A stretch of 58,952 nucleotides of DNA, filler included, from Sphacelaria rigidula (lineage: Eukaryota), in NCBI GenBank assembly GCA_964200075.2. It is 8 parts of 8 records of this genome, joined end to end, with 100 filler letters (N's around TTAATTAATTAA, not from the genome) between each part and the next. Parts side by side here need not be neighbours in the genome. Positions count along the whole stretch, not along the records: positions 1 to 7,283 come from CAXNAA020015639.1; positions 7,384 to 14,665 come from CAXNAA020015640.1; 6 more parts are not named here. The stretch is one strand, 5' to 3'. Under the pieces are notes generated by a model. That model worked only from the letters and a program-made list of their open reading frames with translations, did not search any database and had not been told where the DNA came from. A program made the translations under genes and the position numbers. Positions 1 to 12,989 of the stretch are shown in pieces. Each line of letters begins with the position of its first letter. Positions within the stretch are counted from its first letter, which is position 1.

Positions 1-102
1 GCTCGGAGGGGATCCTGGTGCCTCCAACGACACGACCAAGGCGAACTCGAAACAGCCGTTCTACGGAACACGGACACCGCTTGGGATGCAGATGACTCAT
101 GA
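1..102 (+). pseudogene. pol: Extreme C-terminus of a Ty3/gypsy Pol (truncated by contig start)
   Basis: Frame 1 reads ARRGSWCLQRHDQGELETAVLRNTD...*, resembling (from recall) the post-chromodomain tail of brown-algal gypsy Pol; a PPT and LTR follow downstream. Confidence 0.5.
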
Positions 103-2634
103 TGCCGCATCCGAGTCTGCTTCCCCATTCACCTTACGTAGTGTACCGCGCTCGAGTCGCTTGTCTTGCATTATAGCATCGTTGGAAAACCATGTGTTCC
201 CCCTCCTTCCCCCCTTCATTTTTTTTTTCGTACCGGTTAGCTCCGTATTTGTAGTGGTTGATGTAGTGTTTTGTGTTTAGTATTTGGTCTTTTGTTTTCA
301 TATTTTGTACTTTTCTTGTGTGTTTTTTGTTGCTTTGGTCTTGATTTTGTGTTTCGATTTTCTTTGCCTTTGCGCCAATTGTTTTGAGTTGTTGTTTCTT
401 TGTTTTTTTTTGTTGTTTTCTTCTTTTCTTTTCGCCTCGTGCTTTGTGTTTGATCTTTTGTGTTCAATTGGTACTTTTCTTGAGTACTTCTGGGTTCATC
501 TGGTAAAGTACAAGTGACGACCGTTACATTCCTGTCCCCTAGTCTGGAACCTTGAACCTCCGTCCTCCGCACCGTACATTCACCACCATTCCGTCCACCG
601 GAACAGTTGCCACGAGTCATTTATGTCTTCATGTTTTTTCGTTGTACGCACACCTTGTCTTGTTTTCTTATTACATGGTCTTCATTGTTTGTTTGTTTTT
701 ATGGAAGAGTTAACGGAGCAAGCGCTAGCCATACCTGACGCCCACGTCTGGAATACTTGCGCTCTTGTTCAATCGCTCCGCACGCGAATGCCGCCTCCCT
801 CTTCGGGACCGGTCATGACGTGCCTTTTTGTATCATATGTTGTCGGTGTTGTGTTTTTTTTTCTTGTCTTTTCGGTTGAGAGTTTTAGGAGCAAGCGCTG
901 CATATACCTGACCTCCCCGTCTGGAAAAATTGCGCCCGTGCCCAACCGTCCCGTACACGCATACCGCTTCCTCCAGCAGGATCGGTAATGACGTGTCCCC
1001 TTTTTGTGTGCGTACCACGTTGTTTTTATATTGACATGGGTTGCCTGGAATGTTTTGACCTTATTGGCTGAAACGTTTGACCCTGCTTGCTTCATACACA
1101 CGATAACTGCTCTCGTTTACAAGGACGGTTGCCACGTGTTGTTTTTCTGCCTCATGTTGTGGATTTCCGTTTTCGCTGTTGCCCAGCGTGCCCCTGGTTT
1201 TGTATTTGTTTTGGTTTTGGTTTTTGCGTCTATGTCGGGAATTTCGCCCCGAGTGTTCCAACGTTCCTGGCCCTCGAGTCTAGAACACTTGACCTACTTT
1301 GTTTTGCGAGTCCTGCCGCATGTGACCGACCCCGTTTATAGGAGGGTCGCGGGTAATGCGACGCGATGGTTTATACTTCGGTGATTGATTAGTTACAACG
1401 AAGCCACCACTGGCCGCGTCGTACATAGCGGTGTTGAAGAATTGTTATCGAAGTCACTGTAAGATCGGTTGCAAACGTCTCCTCATACAGGACCATCACG
1501 TATCATGATGAGGTAGATCGCTCTTTCGGAACTGTCCGTTCCGCCATGTCGATACTCGACCGTTGGTACAGCCTACAGGCTCAGAGTCCGCCACTCGCTA
1601 TTTTTCTGTCACTTTTACCAGTTGTTGCGTACAATTACCCGCCCCTGAAATTGGTCGGTGGTGTTTTGTTTTTATCAGGGATTATTGGACGAAGTAACGT
1701 GACGGTACGACCGGCTGTGGGTTTTACTCCAGTTCGTGTTCGGGTCAGTCTCGCTTTAGTCCGAACGGGCAAATACTGTGAGGAGTGGGCTGCGTTGGTC
1801 CTCTCTGTCCTGTGTATTTGTCGTGGTTCAGAAATGTGTTAGGTGATCCGCCTCGGAACTACGTAGTAGGCGAAGGTTGCGTATTGTAGTTTCTTTTGAC
1901 GTGTACGGACACCTGACCTCACAAACCGGTCAGTTGTTTTCGTATCGTCGTGTGAGAAGAAGAAAACACAAAATGCTGTACGACTGGATCATCAACCAGA
2001 CGTCCCAAGCAAGTCGTTGTTCTCACAAACATGTACCGACAATTAACTCACATCAAACGGGTTGATTTGTCCGTATCATTCTATTCGGGTTTTTTTATCA
2101 ACGTATGGTTTTCGCGGGAAGCTACCATTTCCGCGACGAACTCGGCTGTACGTTGTTTGCTTTTGCTGATCGACTGGGGCGAGTGATTAGCATAAACTTG
2201 GTTATCGAAGTGATATAATGCCTTGGCGGGTTTGCTTGTTTTTCTACCAATGACCCAAAACAAATCGAACATTCGGAAAAGAGCGAATTATTTATTCATG
2301 ATATAGTTATGGCAGGGTAGGATAACCGTTTCAATGATTAGTCTCTGATTTCCTGTACCTATCACGGAAGTGCTTACGGCATTCTGGAGACACTGCATTT
2401 TATGGTATATGGTTTGATTGTTGATTTTGGGTCATATTTTTTATTTTCTATTTTTTATTTCCCATGACCCCGTCTGAAGAAGCCACGGAACATGAGTACA
2501 CCGAATCATTGTCTCGGTTCGATTTTGTTATGCTTGTGTTTGTATTTACTTGTTTTTTTGTGTTGATCGCCCCTTCCCGTTCCCCGTACCGAAGAAGACT
2601 CGATCTTCAAATGGAGTCTCAGTTTTTCTGTGGT

Positions 2635-3321
2635 GTGGGAGAGGTGTGGCTCGATGCAAGTTCGTCCCTTCTAAAAAGGGACTGCACTTGAACGATTCAG
2701 GGTAGGCTAATGTGATGGTATATGACTGAGTGCCTGAATTAAAACTAGTTCCTTGTGTATATGCAGATGGTCCCTAGAAACGACCAGCGGGTATGGAAAT
2801 ATTCTAGTCGAATGTGTGTTTGTATGAGGCAGGATCTGGACCCTTTTGTTATTGACACAGCGGCTTGAAGGTAGATACAGGATTGTACCCGATTAGCCGC
2901 GTGTACCTGCTGCTACTACAGCTTTGATTGGCTTAAGGTACAGTGCGCCACGCTGAGTGGTATTGATATGACAAGATTGTATGCGTAGCTAGGAGGTTTT
3001 GAGGGTAATCGTGTGCCGCATCGCCTACGATGCTCACTTGCAACTCACCTGCCTGAGAAGGACTTACCGTAGAACTAATCACAAGAAGGACCACCAGCCT
3101 GTTATCTGCTCTACGCGGCGTCTCATCTTTCTGGCCGGCGAGCCGTTCTCAAGAAGTGAGTAATGTGTATCATAATCCCTTGGTGTCAATTGGTGTTTCC
3201 TTTTATCGAAAGAGCTCGGTGCTTACTTTCAATAACAGCTGTCTGGTGTTGACGAGTGTCTTGTGTGAGAGAAACCCTACTGTTTGAGTTAACAAGTCGA
3301 AAACAGGACTAGTGCGTCACA
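2635..3321 (+). mobile_element. Polypurine tract plus probable 3' LTR of the gypsy element
   Basis: GTGGGAGAGG (2635-2644) directly precedes TGTGGC (2645); candidate end GCGTCACA (3321) is the same terminus as other LTRs in the window. Confidence 0.55.
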
Positions 3322-4536
3322 TACTCATCCATCTTGGGTTGTGGCTTGCTCTGCTAACGAATACGTCCACAGCTAATGATGTTTTGAAAGTGACTGTGTC
3401 TTGCTTTTCTAGGATACAGAGTGGTTCAAACAGAACCAGGTATTGTGTTCTGATGTTGGGACAGATGGGAAATCTATATACTTTTGTATTCGAGCATACC
3501 TCTCCTAGTTTTAGAGACTTGAATTTGAATTGATTCAACTTGAATTTAAATTTTGTTCTCGATCTCGAGGGGAAGTGGTACACACACCACTATTGCAAGT
3601 TGTCATTTTGCGGTGTTTATTGTGCATACTATTTCGAGGAGTCATGTTAATGTTCAGTGGAATGATATCATTGTTACCGTGAGAATAGTACAATTTTGAC
3701 AGATTCGAGTCTTGGAAGGTTGAGTATGTTTCTCGAATGCCATCATGGTAACTGAGGAGTATGAAAAGGGTGTCCACTGTGCATTTATGTGTGATTTTTG
3801 GTTGTTCCAAGGAAGATTGATACACATATATCTTTTTGTTTTGTGCTGACTGACGCAAAAAATTGTTGAAACGGAGCATGAGTAGGATACAAAGAACTGA
3901 TCATATTCAGGATTTGAGCTTTCGATTGCTAAAGTAGACGAGTTTGCGACGTCTGTGCGTGGCTGGAAAGGTTTATTCCTGACGGGATCGGCTTTTTTTT
4001 TTCAGTTCTTGGTAATGTAGTGTTGCATTCATGTTTGAAAGAACATGGAATACTTTCCCCGTTTTAGAATGAGGCACTATGTGTTCAGGGTAAACTATCA
4101 GTCCTAGAGCCGTAAGCAGGGAGGCTAATCGATTATACTTACGCTCCAGGATTGTAACTGTACATCTGCCTGGATACAAGGGATATTGACATTAAGACCG
4201 GATCATGACATACAGGGGACGCACAAATAAGAGACTAGTTCTGTTATTTGAGGTATACCCGATGTAGTGCTTGCAGTACATATCCACTGGGGGCACATGC
4301 TTTCTCGCGTGGGGAAAAGATGGGATTATGACGTGTGATTTTGTATGAACGATTTCCCGCCCCACTGTGTTCAGTAAGTGTGCGGTGTGCGAGCGGAGTG
4401 CATACATGGGGTTTTTACATCTTACATGGAGAGTAAAATATACACTTTTCTACTGGGTAATTAATACATCAACGGAGGTCCCACGATCCCTTTCAAACAT
4501 GGACTATTGCGCTGAGCACGTGATTCAGCCTTCAAG

Positions 4537-4921
4537 ATGCACTACACCTGTGGCAAAGCAATCGAGAGTAGAACTCATATAGTTGTAGAATGTGAACCAT
4601 ACAAAGAGGAACGGGACGCGCTAGAGGGGAAAATGCGGGAAGTAAACGAAAGTGGCATGAAATCGTTTGATGCATTAGACAGTAGGAGAAAAATGATGGC
4701 TGTACTAGGAGAAATATGGTGGCCACAGATGGCGAAGCAGGGTCAGGACGGGAATACGACATGTAACAGGCTTTGTATAGTGTGTGAAAGAAACGTACTG
4801 AGCACCGAGAGGTTGGAAGTGTCTCTATTGCGAATAGGAACGGTGTTCTGTCTCGAAAAGAATATGTGGTCAGTGGTCAAACGACTTAGGCAAGAAAGAA
4901 ATGAGTATGCCCCTCCCCCCC
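4537..4921 (+). mobile_element. 5'-truncated LINE: C-terminal zinc-knuckle region and 3' end
   Basis: ORF reads TCGKAIESRTHIVVECEPYKEERDALE...VLGEIWWPQ (C...H...C motif of the non-LTR ORF2 C-terminus); 3' end GAGTATGCCCCTCCCCCCC is shared with copies at 29530-29636 and 58909-58952. Confidence 0.75.
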
Positions 4922-6563
4922 ACACACACACTGAGCTTTGGAACTCACCTCAGTACTGCGCGGCGCGTGTTCCTACCTCTACCCACGGTTCAACCTTTGA
5001 TTGTAGAGGGAGGTGTGCTCGTACTCGGAACACACGCGCTTCGGGATTATTTTACTCCTGATGCTATAGGTATAGAGTCTCTACGCCATCACCCGTGTCA
5101 TCTTCCCCATCGTCCCAACACAACGATCCGAAATGTCGGAGATATCGGGTATTTTGAAGAGCTGATTGTGCCGAAATACTCTCGAGTATTTTCATTCATT
5201 CGATATCTCAGGGGCCGTACAAGACATACGTTTCATTCCATGCTTCGATGACCCTAAAAATATCGATATTTGCGTCAGTTGATGCCCCGATAGGTGCAAT
5301 GGGATACTCCGTGTTGAAGGTACCGGGGGACAGCGGACCAGGAGTGCCCTGCTGTGAGATAGGGGTGTAGAACCCTAACCGTGTTTGATTCACGATCTTG
5401 GCTTGTGACCTACCCTTACCCCCATGCACCGGAGAGGCACGTACCGGGGGAGAGATGGGTTGATCCCTTGAGACCACGGACTCGTCCCGAGTAAGGGGAG
5501 GGGTTCAAAGTGTGAGAAGAAAACAAAACTAACGCATCCTGAGATATCAACGTGGCATATCCAGAGATTTGGACGATGACAATGGCGTCAACGATATCAC
5601 GGATATGTCGGCATCCCGTCACGACTACATGTCGGTTGGATCAACTACATCCTGGCGGCAAGCACGACCAGCCATCAATCGTGACGCTCCGCCACGGGTT
5701 TACAATTTCCGAGTCTTTCTATGACAACCTCTTCCAAAAACCGTCGAACAAGTACATCGAAGAATCGGTCATATAGGGGGCAAAAGCTGATTTGAGCAAT
5801 GCCACGGTTCGGGTGCACTCTGTTTCTTCCGAGGCTCTTTGCGGTAGGAGCCTCTTGACGAAACATATCTGGGCCTTAGTATGCAGCCCCAGAAAAGTTT
5901 TCGACTGAAAAATGCTCCCCTACCGTGGCATTCCTCGTTTCTCAGTGCATGACGCGGCTCAGATGGGCGTGATAGCTGGCTTCTCACTTCAAGACGCGCC
6001 TCATCCGGGCGACACCGGCGAAAAACGATCTCAAACAAGCGACGGTTGTATTATTCTATGCGCTCGGCTCTTATCATTTTCACGCGATGCCGGTAAAAAA
6101 GACGCTGGTTCGAAAACCAGGTTGATTTGGGAGATGTTAGACTTAGAGTCAGCTTGATTTCCCCCCTACCGGACGATATCCTGGGGACCGACGCAAGAAG
6201 CGACGAAAATGTCCTTCGTCGAACCTTAGCTGGTTCATGAACGACGAAATCATACCGTCGTAAATGCAATGCTGAAAGTTTATTCAGAGACAAACCGTAT
6301 CAGGAAAGCGCCGCCGAGGCGCCATGTACGCCAACTTGTGAAAATATGTCTCTGTCAACCCGTGCAGAAGCTCCACGTATGAACAGCACACCGTGACACA
6401 GATGATGGGCAAGGGTGATAATGGATGAAACATGCACCCCAAGAAACCAAAAGCATGAGGACTGCTTCAGACGACGTGAGAGAAGAACACCTCCCCTGCT
6501 TTGTTTGTCTTAGAGTACCATGTCAATCGCAATACAAGTGAGGCAATATGACCACACGACAAG

Positions 6564-6780
6564 TGTAATGCGTGAGAGGATCGCGTGCTTAGAGGACCGC
6601 ATCGGAATTCGAACATCCCTAGGGTTGGGGTTAGGGTTGGGGTTAGGGTTAGGGTTAGGATTATGGTCAGGGGCGTGGTACCAGCAGGGACTGGCCCGAT
6701 TGTTTTTGAAAAACGTCAATCCTGAGATGTTTTAAAGTACGGCGCGGTCCTCTATGCAAGCGGTTCTCTCATGCATTACA
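6564..6780. mobile_element. MITE with TGT...ACA TIRs (Ginger-like) carrying internal TTAGGG/TTGGGG repeats
   Basis: About 37-bp TIRs starting TGTAATGCGTGAGAGG; 5-bp TSD ACAAG; second copy at 28657-28862. Confidence 0.85.
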
Positions 6781-7185
6781 ACAAGTCCCGTGGCTTACGA
6801 TGGCTAGCAGCCCCGGCTGCGGGAACAAAAACACCCGCTGCGGTCCCAAGACACGTAGGGTTAGGGTATGGCTATACACTACATACTTGACACCAGTTTC
6901 TGCTCAGTAGGCAACCCGCATCCACCCTGAGTCGTGCGTCTTTCTTCCAGATCTTCCTTCGTGCTCCGCCACCTCATCGAATCCGCAATGGCATTGGGCA
7001 ATATGCTCCCTCGACCCTACCCCGAATGAAGCAGAGTAGGGATCCATCTCCATCTCCGGGTATTAAATGTACCGTCTCGATATATCGTCGTGGAACCGCG
7101 AATAGGGCAGGCTTGATACGCCCGTCCTCTTCTACGGCATAGTCTAGTACCGTGCGAACATATATATATATATATATATTAACTG

Positions 7186-7283
7186 GTCACCCCGGGGCTC
7201 AGTTGGTATCCTCGAAACCTTCTGACGGTTGGGTCGGGGGTTCAAATCTCGGAGCAATCTGGGATTTTTTCTCACACCATGCC
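7186..7283 (+). mobile_element. tRNA-derived SINE, 5' head (truncated by contig end)
   Basis: A box GGCTCAGTTGG and B box GGTTCAAATC; the following sequence matches the copy at 40784-41131. Confidence 0.75.
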
Positions 7284-7383
7284 NNNNNNNNNNNNNNNNN
7301 NNNNNNNNNNNNNNNNNNNNNNNNNNNTTAATTAATTAANNNNNNNNNNNNNNNNNNNNNNNNNNNNNNNNNNNNNNNNNNNN
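7284..7383. other. Artificial contig linker
   Basis: N44-TTAATTAATTAA-N44 (stops in all six frames). Confidence 0.99.
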
Positions 7384-7480
7384 TGGAACATTACTCTCGC
7401 GGCTCTCAGGCCGGTTTTGGCCCCAAAAGTGCAGACCCTATCGCAGCATCACTCGTGAGCCAAGTTCAACTTACCAAGCG

Positions 7481-7952
7481 GTTGACGCTACTGGAATGTC
7501 CCGTTTGACGGCACACCAGGTGGAAGCTTGGGGGCTATAGCATTGCGAGTAGCGGACGATGATAGTCGCGGGGACGAGGCTTGTGTGTTCGTTTCCGTGT
7601 GGGGGAAAAAAGGGGGGACTCGGGTGCAGGGCGGGAGAACTGCTGGAGAATGATAACATCTGTGCTGAGACGATCCCCTAACCACTCATGATACTCCGGC
7701 GACTGAAACAGACGACGACCCAGGTTACCCGAACATGTCTTGCACGGGAATATTTCGGGAAACATCCGGAGAAAAGAGGTCGTGCCACATGTATGTGTGC
7801 GGGCAGTACCACTACTCTTCTCTTGGGCATGTAAGGACGGCTGTGCCCCCCACGCAATCGAAAGTGTTCTCCCATCCCTCTTCCCCTTAGTATCTATCCT
7901 CTGCACGTGTCTGGCGACATACAGCTCGAACTTGTACCATCCGCCTGTCACA
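7481..7952 (-). mobile_element. Possible solo LTR
   Basis: Minus strand begins TGTGAC and ends AGCGTCAAC (degenerate GCGTCACA); no clean TSD. Confidence 0.3.
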
Positions 7953-8976
7953 ACCGATTGGGTACAATCCGCCTGTTCTCAAATCATGCGTGACATTTAA
8001 TTCCGATACCCGAATCGGAGATGCGGTGCCCCTCCCCACTCGTGGTCTAAGGGTTAACCGTAAGTTTCTGAGAAATATACCGGGAATCTCGAGTTCGAGA
8101 TACCTTTGATAACCGGCCACTTCGCTATGTGGTCCTTTAAATAACTCATGGGGGGAGAATAGGAGAGATTTTTCCATTTCCGAACATCTTTTTGGAGCCA
8201 ATGGTCTGAAAAAGACATAGCTTCTCGTATTTTGCCCAAGAAGGGTACGAAAAAATGACCAGAAACGCGAGAACAGCGAAACACGCAATCTACACCGATT
8301 TCATCCGATTTTTTCTCGCACAGCAATCGAGGGGCTCCTCGGCACCCGGGCCTCCAAAGGAATCCCGAAAGAAACATGTTACTCACGAGATACTACCGTG
8401 CGCAGAAGGACATCTAGCCTTCAGAAACTACTTGCCCTTCCTTGGTCACATTTTGGCCAGATATTACCTGATCTACGAATTCTTTTTCAATCGTACCTTC
8501 TTTAGGCCACCAGGCGGCCCGAAAAGTACCTGTCCTGCGCCATCGCTTCCCACAGTCCCTGATGCGACACACTGCGCGCAAGGGAATCTACGCGCGAACT
8601 CCAACCAGCGTCCACACATTCGACTCTTTTCCCGTCCATTTCCCGTTCAGGAACCGCCACAACGACCTCATGTTTTCTCAGATCTTTTTCAGCTCCAAAA
8701 TCCAGTAGTCATGTTGTCAACCATAATTATACGGCCAAAGCTTCAGGTTTACCAAGTGTTCCCTGTTCTCGCAATACCGACTGCGCTATCGTGTACCACC
8801 ACACGGCATCATCATGTACTGTACTGATGGAGTGTCCTGCACAGTACTACCCTGGGGTACCAACATACGACACTGTACTCGGAGGGATTATTCACCGCTT
8901 GGCTGCTCTTCGGCTGAATGAACGAGTACGAAGTACCACCACACTCATGCAGAAAATGACCGTCTGTAACACTATC

Positions 8977-9468
8977 AACACTACATTCGTGAGATTCAGA
9001 GTGTAGTTTCAGATTCAGATTCAGGATTTCAAACGGAGGAACTGTTTTTATGTCGTCAATTGTGATGCGAAACAGTTTGCGTCACCAATCAACCAACCCG
9101 AGTGAAGACCGTGCGTGTTTTCACAGATCGGCAATGTTGGTTGAATAGTGACGCAAACTGTTTCGCATAAGAATCGACCACAAAAAAAATAGTTCTTCCG
9201 TTTGAAATCCTGACTCTGAATCTGAAACTACACTCTGAATCTCACGACTATAGTGTTCACCACATTCATTTGGGGAGAATCGGGGAAAAGCGTACAAAAG
9301 GACCCAACATTGGAGGCTGTGAAAACACGCACGTTCATTACTATGGTTGGTTGATTAATGTGACTCAAACTGTTTTGCATAAGAATTGACCACAAAGGAA
9401 ATAGTTTTTCCGTTTGAAATCTTGACTCCGAATCTGGAATACACTCTGAATCTCACGAATAGGGCGTT
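8977..9468. mobile_element. Foldback MITE with one left arm and two right arms
   Basis: TCGTGAGATTCAGAGTGTAG... is inverted at about 9145-9257 and again at about 9305-9468. Confidence 0.75.
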
Positions 9469-9550
9469 AACGAAAACCAAAACCGGGTCCAATCTTGAAA
9501 TCCAGAGCAAGACCGGAATGTAATCCCATTTCAGTTCAACTAGGCTTTAA

Positions 9551-9649
9551 CCCTTAGACGGCGAGGTTAGTCTTCTGTTGAATCGGCATCAATTTCGAGT
9601 GAAACAAAGTATGCATGATCCAGATAAGACTACCCTCGCGGTCGAAGGG
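9551..9649. mobile_element. piggyBac-type MITE (about 99 bp)
   Basis: TTAA|CCCTTAGAC...GTCGAAGGG|TTAA. Confidence 0.85.
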
Positions 9650-11481
9650 TTAAAGAGCCCACCAACTTTGATGATGTAAAGACCAAATTTGGGTCTTGGG
9701 CTCGGGCTTTCCTATTGGTCAACGTTCCCAAGTCCGCATTACGGTTTGGATCACTCTGGTCTGGGGGGCATATTTGCCCCCGAAGTCCGCAGCCTAAAGA
9801 CCATTCTGGTCTTCCCCCGGTTTGATCTTTCAGATATACATGCTTTTGGCTGAAAGGCCCGAAGGGTTTTCCGTTCCCCCGGCACATACCACACCAGCTC
9901 CGTCATCGCGCGTAGGGCGCACACCAGGCCACACGCCGGGAACGGTTGGTGTGACAGTGGTATTTCGTGGAGTCAGCACAGCAGCATATATCATGCACAA
10001 AGAACGAGTGTTGAGCATAACTTGAAACAAACGCGACGTGAACACGGCTTGCACGAAAGTTCAGAGCATGGGAAGGGAGCAAGCGTGTGTTACAGCAGGA
10101 GACGTTTATTTACTCACCTCCCACAGATGAGGGTAACTCGAGGTGAATTGCAAGATTTTTGCGAAAAGCGCAAGCATGGCCAAGCGTTCAAAAATTGGTG
10201 CTCGGCAAGAATTGAGGATCCGTCTAAAATGAGGGCAAGAACTATGACATGGGACATGTCCTATATCACTGTGTTGCAGCACAAACGCACTCAGGCTCTG
10301 TCTCTTGTGCTCTAGCTGTGGCTGCGCTGTGGTGTCTCTAGACCTTTTCGAAGACGGTTTGGTCGTTCGTCTCCTCGAAAAATCATGCTGTCAACCCTGT
10401 GACAACACGTGGTGCACTCTAGACACCGTTCCTGTTGACACCTTCATGGTGTGTTGGCTATTTTGTCTCGAGTCAAGCGAACAAGGCGCTTCCCAAACCC
10501 ACCATTTATATGCTTTAGTTGTAGCTGGACTGTTGTGCATTCGAACACTTTACGACGACACGGTGCGATGGGCGCTGGAGAGTGCCCAAACAGTTGTCGT
10601 GCCGCATGCAGTGTTTCGGTATGTACAGAGTTGGGGTGGCACCAAATTATTGATCGCCTTTTGGAGGAATGATGCTTGGTTTGGGACAGACTGAACACGG
10701 AAAACACACTTTACAAAACGACCTACTGTCTGTTACCTGGAGTTTACCTGGATGCTCCGGATATATAGAGAAAATACTACAGGAGAAACAGAGAAACCCT
10801 TACGACTTTACACCCACCCGCACTCAAAGTGCGGGCAAAGTAAGCATCAGTTGTATATCTGCGCTGGACTCAGCAGCAAGAAACAGTGAGCGTGCATCGT
10901 TCTGCGCTGAAAACAGTCTACTCCATGCTACTGGTGTCTCTACTTAGTGTTCCACAGCAACACTACAGTGTGAAGCTATGTTAGCAACTCAAGAGGCGCA
11001 GGCAGACGGCGAAGACAGGCCACGAGTAAAAAGTACGCCGTATGTGCCCACGTGATTAATGATTTGTGATCCAAATGATTCCCCTGGTCTGCAACAACTT
11101 CTGTGCGAACCGGATACACGTCACGTCAACCGCTGTCTGTGTCAAGTTGCGTTCAAAATACTATTTCTTTGTGCATGTGTTGATATGCTGACCTCCAAAG
11201 AACACCACAACCACACCATCACCCGCTGATTCGCCATGTTTTGGGCGTGTGATCTGCTGCTGGCGCGAGCAGCGAGGTGGCTGGTGTGTGTTGTCGGGAG
11301 GACGGTTACACGTCACACGTCACGCCTGTTGGCCAAAAGAATCTCCTATCAAGAGTCCAAACCGAGCGAAACGCAACCATCGGACTTTGGACTGACTTTG
11401 GACTTCGGGGGAAATACAAAGTCCAGGTCCTGACCCGAATGTGATGTTCGCAAACACCGTATTTTAGTGTTACTGTGTTAA

Positions 11482-11579
11482 CACTTAGACCGCGAGATTA
11501 GTCTTTTTGGATCATGCATACTTTTTTTCACTTGAAACTGATGCCGATTCAACAGAAGACTAACCTCGCGGTCTGAGGG
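11482..11579. mobile_element. piggyBac-type MITE, opposite orientation to the 9551 copy
   Basis: TTAA|CACTTAGACCGCGAG...CTCGCGGTCTGAGGG|TTCA; body is the reverse complement of 9551-9649. Confidence 0.8.
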
Positions 11580-11619
11580 TTCAAGTGTTGTGCCACAAAT
11601 CTGTGATAACTGTCTGCAC

Positions 11620-12562
11620 CAGTGTTGAATATCGAACGGAAGAAAGTTCGATATGATATTTTCAAAGTATCGACGTCGATACCGTTTTTATTTTCGATAC
11701 TTGGAAAATGACCCGATACGTATCGATACTCAATACGATACGATACGGCTGTTTTGGTAGGGACGCAGCTTGCAAGATCTCACGTTAATACCCTGACACT
11801 AAAAACCTAACCCGGAGTGGGTGCACGCCCGTGTATGCTCTTCTTTGCCTCCATCACTAGCGTGTGCTTACAGCTACATGTCGATATCAGTGGCAAGCTA
11901 CTGCAGAAAGCATATCGAGCCTCGTTGCGAGCATTTCGGACCGGAAACGATTCATTCACGAATTGAGAGCTTCTCATTCTGGATCGTATCCTCTTGTCTC
12001 AATCTCACGAATACGTTTTTAAACGAGGTAGTTGATCACAACGCCAGGTGTGATGCGTGATGTATTGTGTGTCATTCAAGCCCGTGATGTACCCTGGTAT
12101 ATTTCGCGGCCACTATTCCGTCATGTCTCGATCGAATTCGAACCTTCACGTCGACTCTTGCGCACTGCGCACCACGAGCGCACTCCACATTTTTCAATAA
12201 CAAACGCGCCAAACCTCGTAACTGCGCGAGAAAAGATGAGATACAAATGCATGCGCGCTCGCTTATTCTCTTCTCCGTACCAAACAAGGGGAAAAGTCTG
12301 CAGAAAACGTACAATTTTTCATTGTCGGCTACACAACGAAGTTTAAATTTCTCAGACACCTGAACGCCAAAGCAATATAATTCGAACGCTTGTGCAAAAA
12401 ATGGATACAATGAGGAAAAAAAAATGACCCTCCAACAGTGTTGAACATCGGATATTGATGATCGATACGCAGTATCGATATCGGAGCGCAGCAAACCGAT
12501 ATTTACTGATACATTTCAATATCGACTATCGATGATTCACGCTCGATATTTGCAGGGGTCTA
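11620..12562. mobile_element. Non-autonomous hAT-like DNA transposon remnant
   Basis: Begins CAGTGTTGAATATCGA; dense ATCGAT/CGATA subterminal motifs at both ends. Confidence 0.45.
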
Positions 12563-12989
12563 CACGTCCACCTCATGTTTATCGCGTAATTTTTTTCAAC
12601 GTTTACGTTACGTGACGTATGTCACGTTAAATACACTTTAACGCTATGTTCCGTAACATGTAACGTGGCAGTAATATGAAACGTTTGAATGTCACGCGTA
12701 ACGTGTAATATAACGTTATGCTAACACGTGTGACGTTTCATTTCGTTTCATTCGTTTCATTTTGTGCATGTCGCAGCTCATTTTCCAGTGTTCAAGGCGT
12801 TGCAACGTGTCGTGTAAAGCCAGATGTTACCGTGTACGCGACGCTGACGGTGACCGGTCGGCTACTTGGGGTTGTATAAAAAAATGTGTTCTATGATAAA
12901 TGACCAAAAATCCACTCATTGTGTGATCGGGAAATGCGGTGGAAATCCCGCCACACGCGAACATACCCTCCAGCCCACGACAGCAGCCA

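Noticed and set aside
86-1230. Hydrophobic and Lys-rich ORFs
   Set aside because: Compositional artefacts of the T-rich retroelement 3' region
1232-1260. MSG..RVF N-terminal similarity to the copia extra ORF
   Set aside because: Too short, with no further alignable similarity; likely chance
6617-6660. True telomere
   Set aside because: Short tract internal to a TIR element with a TSD
7186-7260. tRNA gene (also 26510, 29371, 40784)
   Set aside because: A and B boxes continue into a shared SINE body; no convincing cloverleaf
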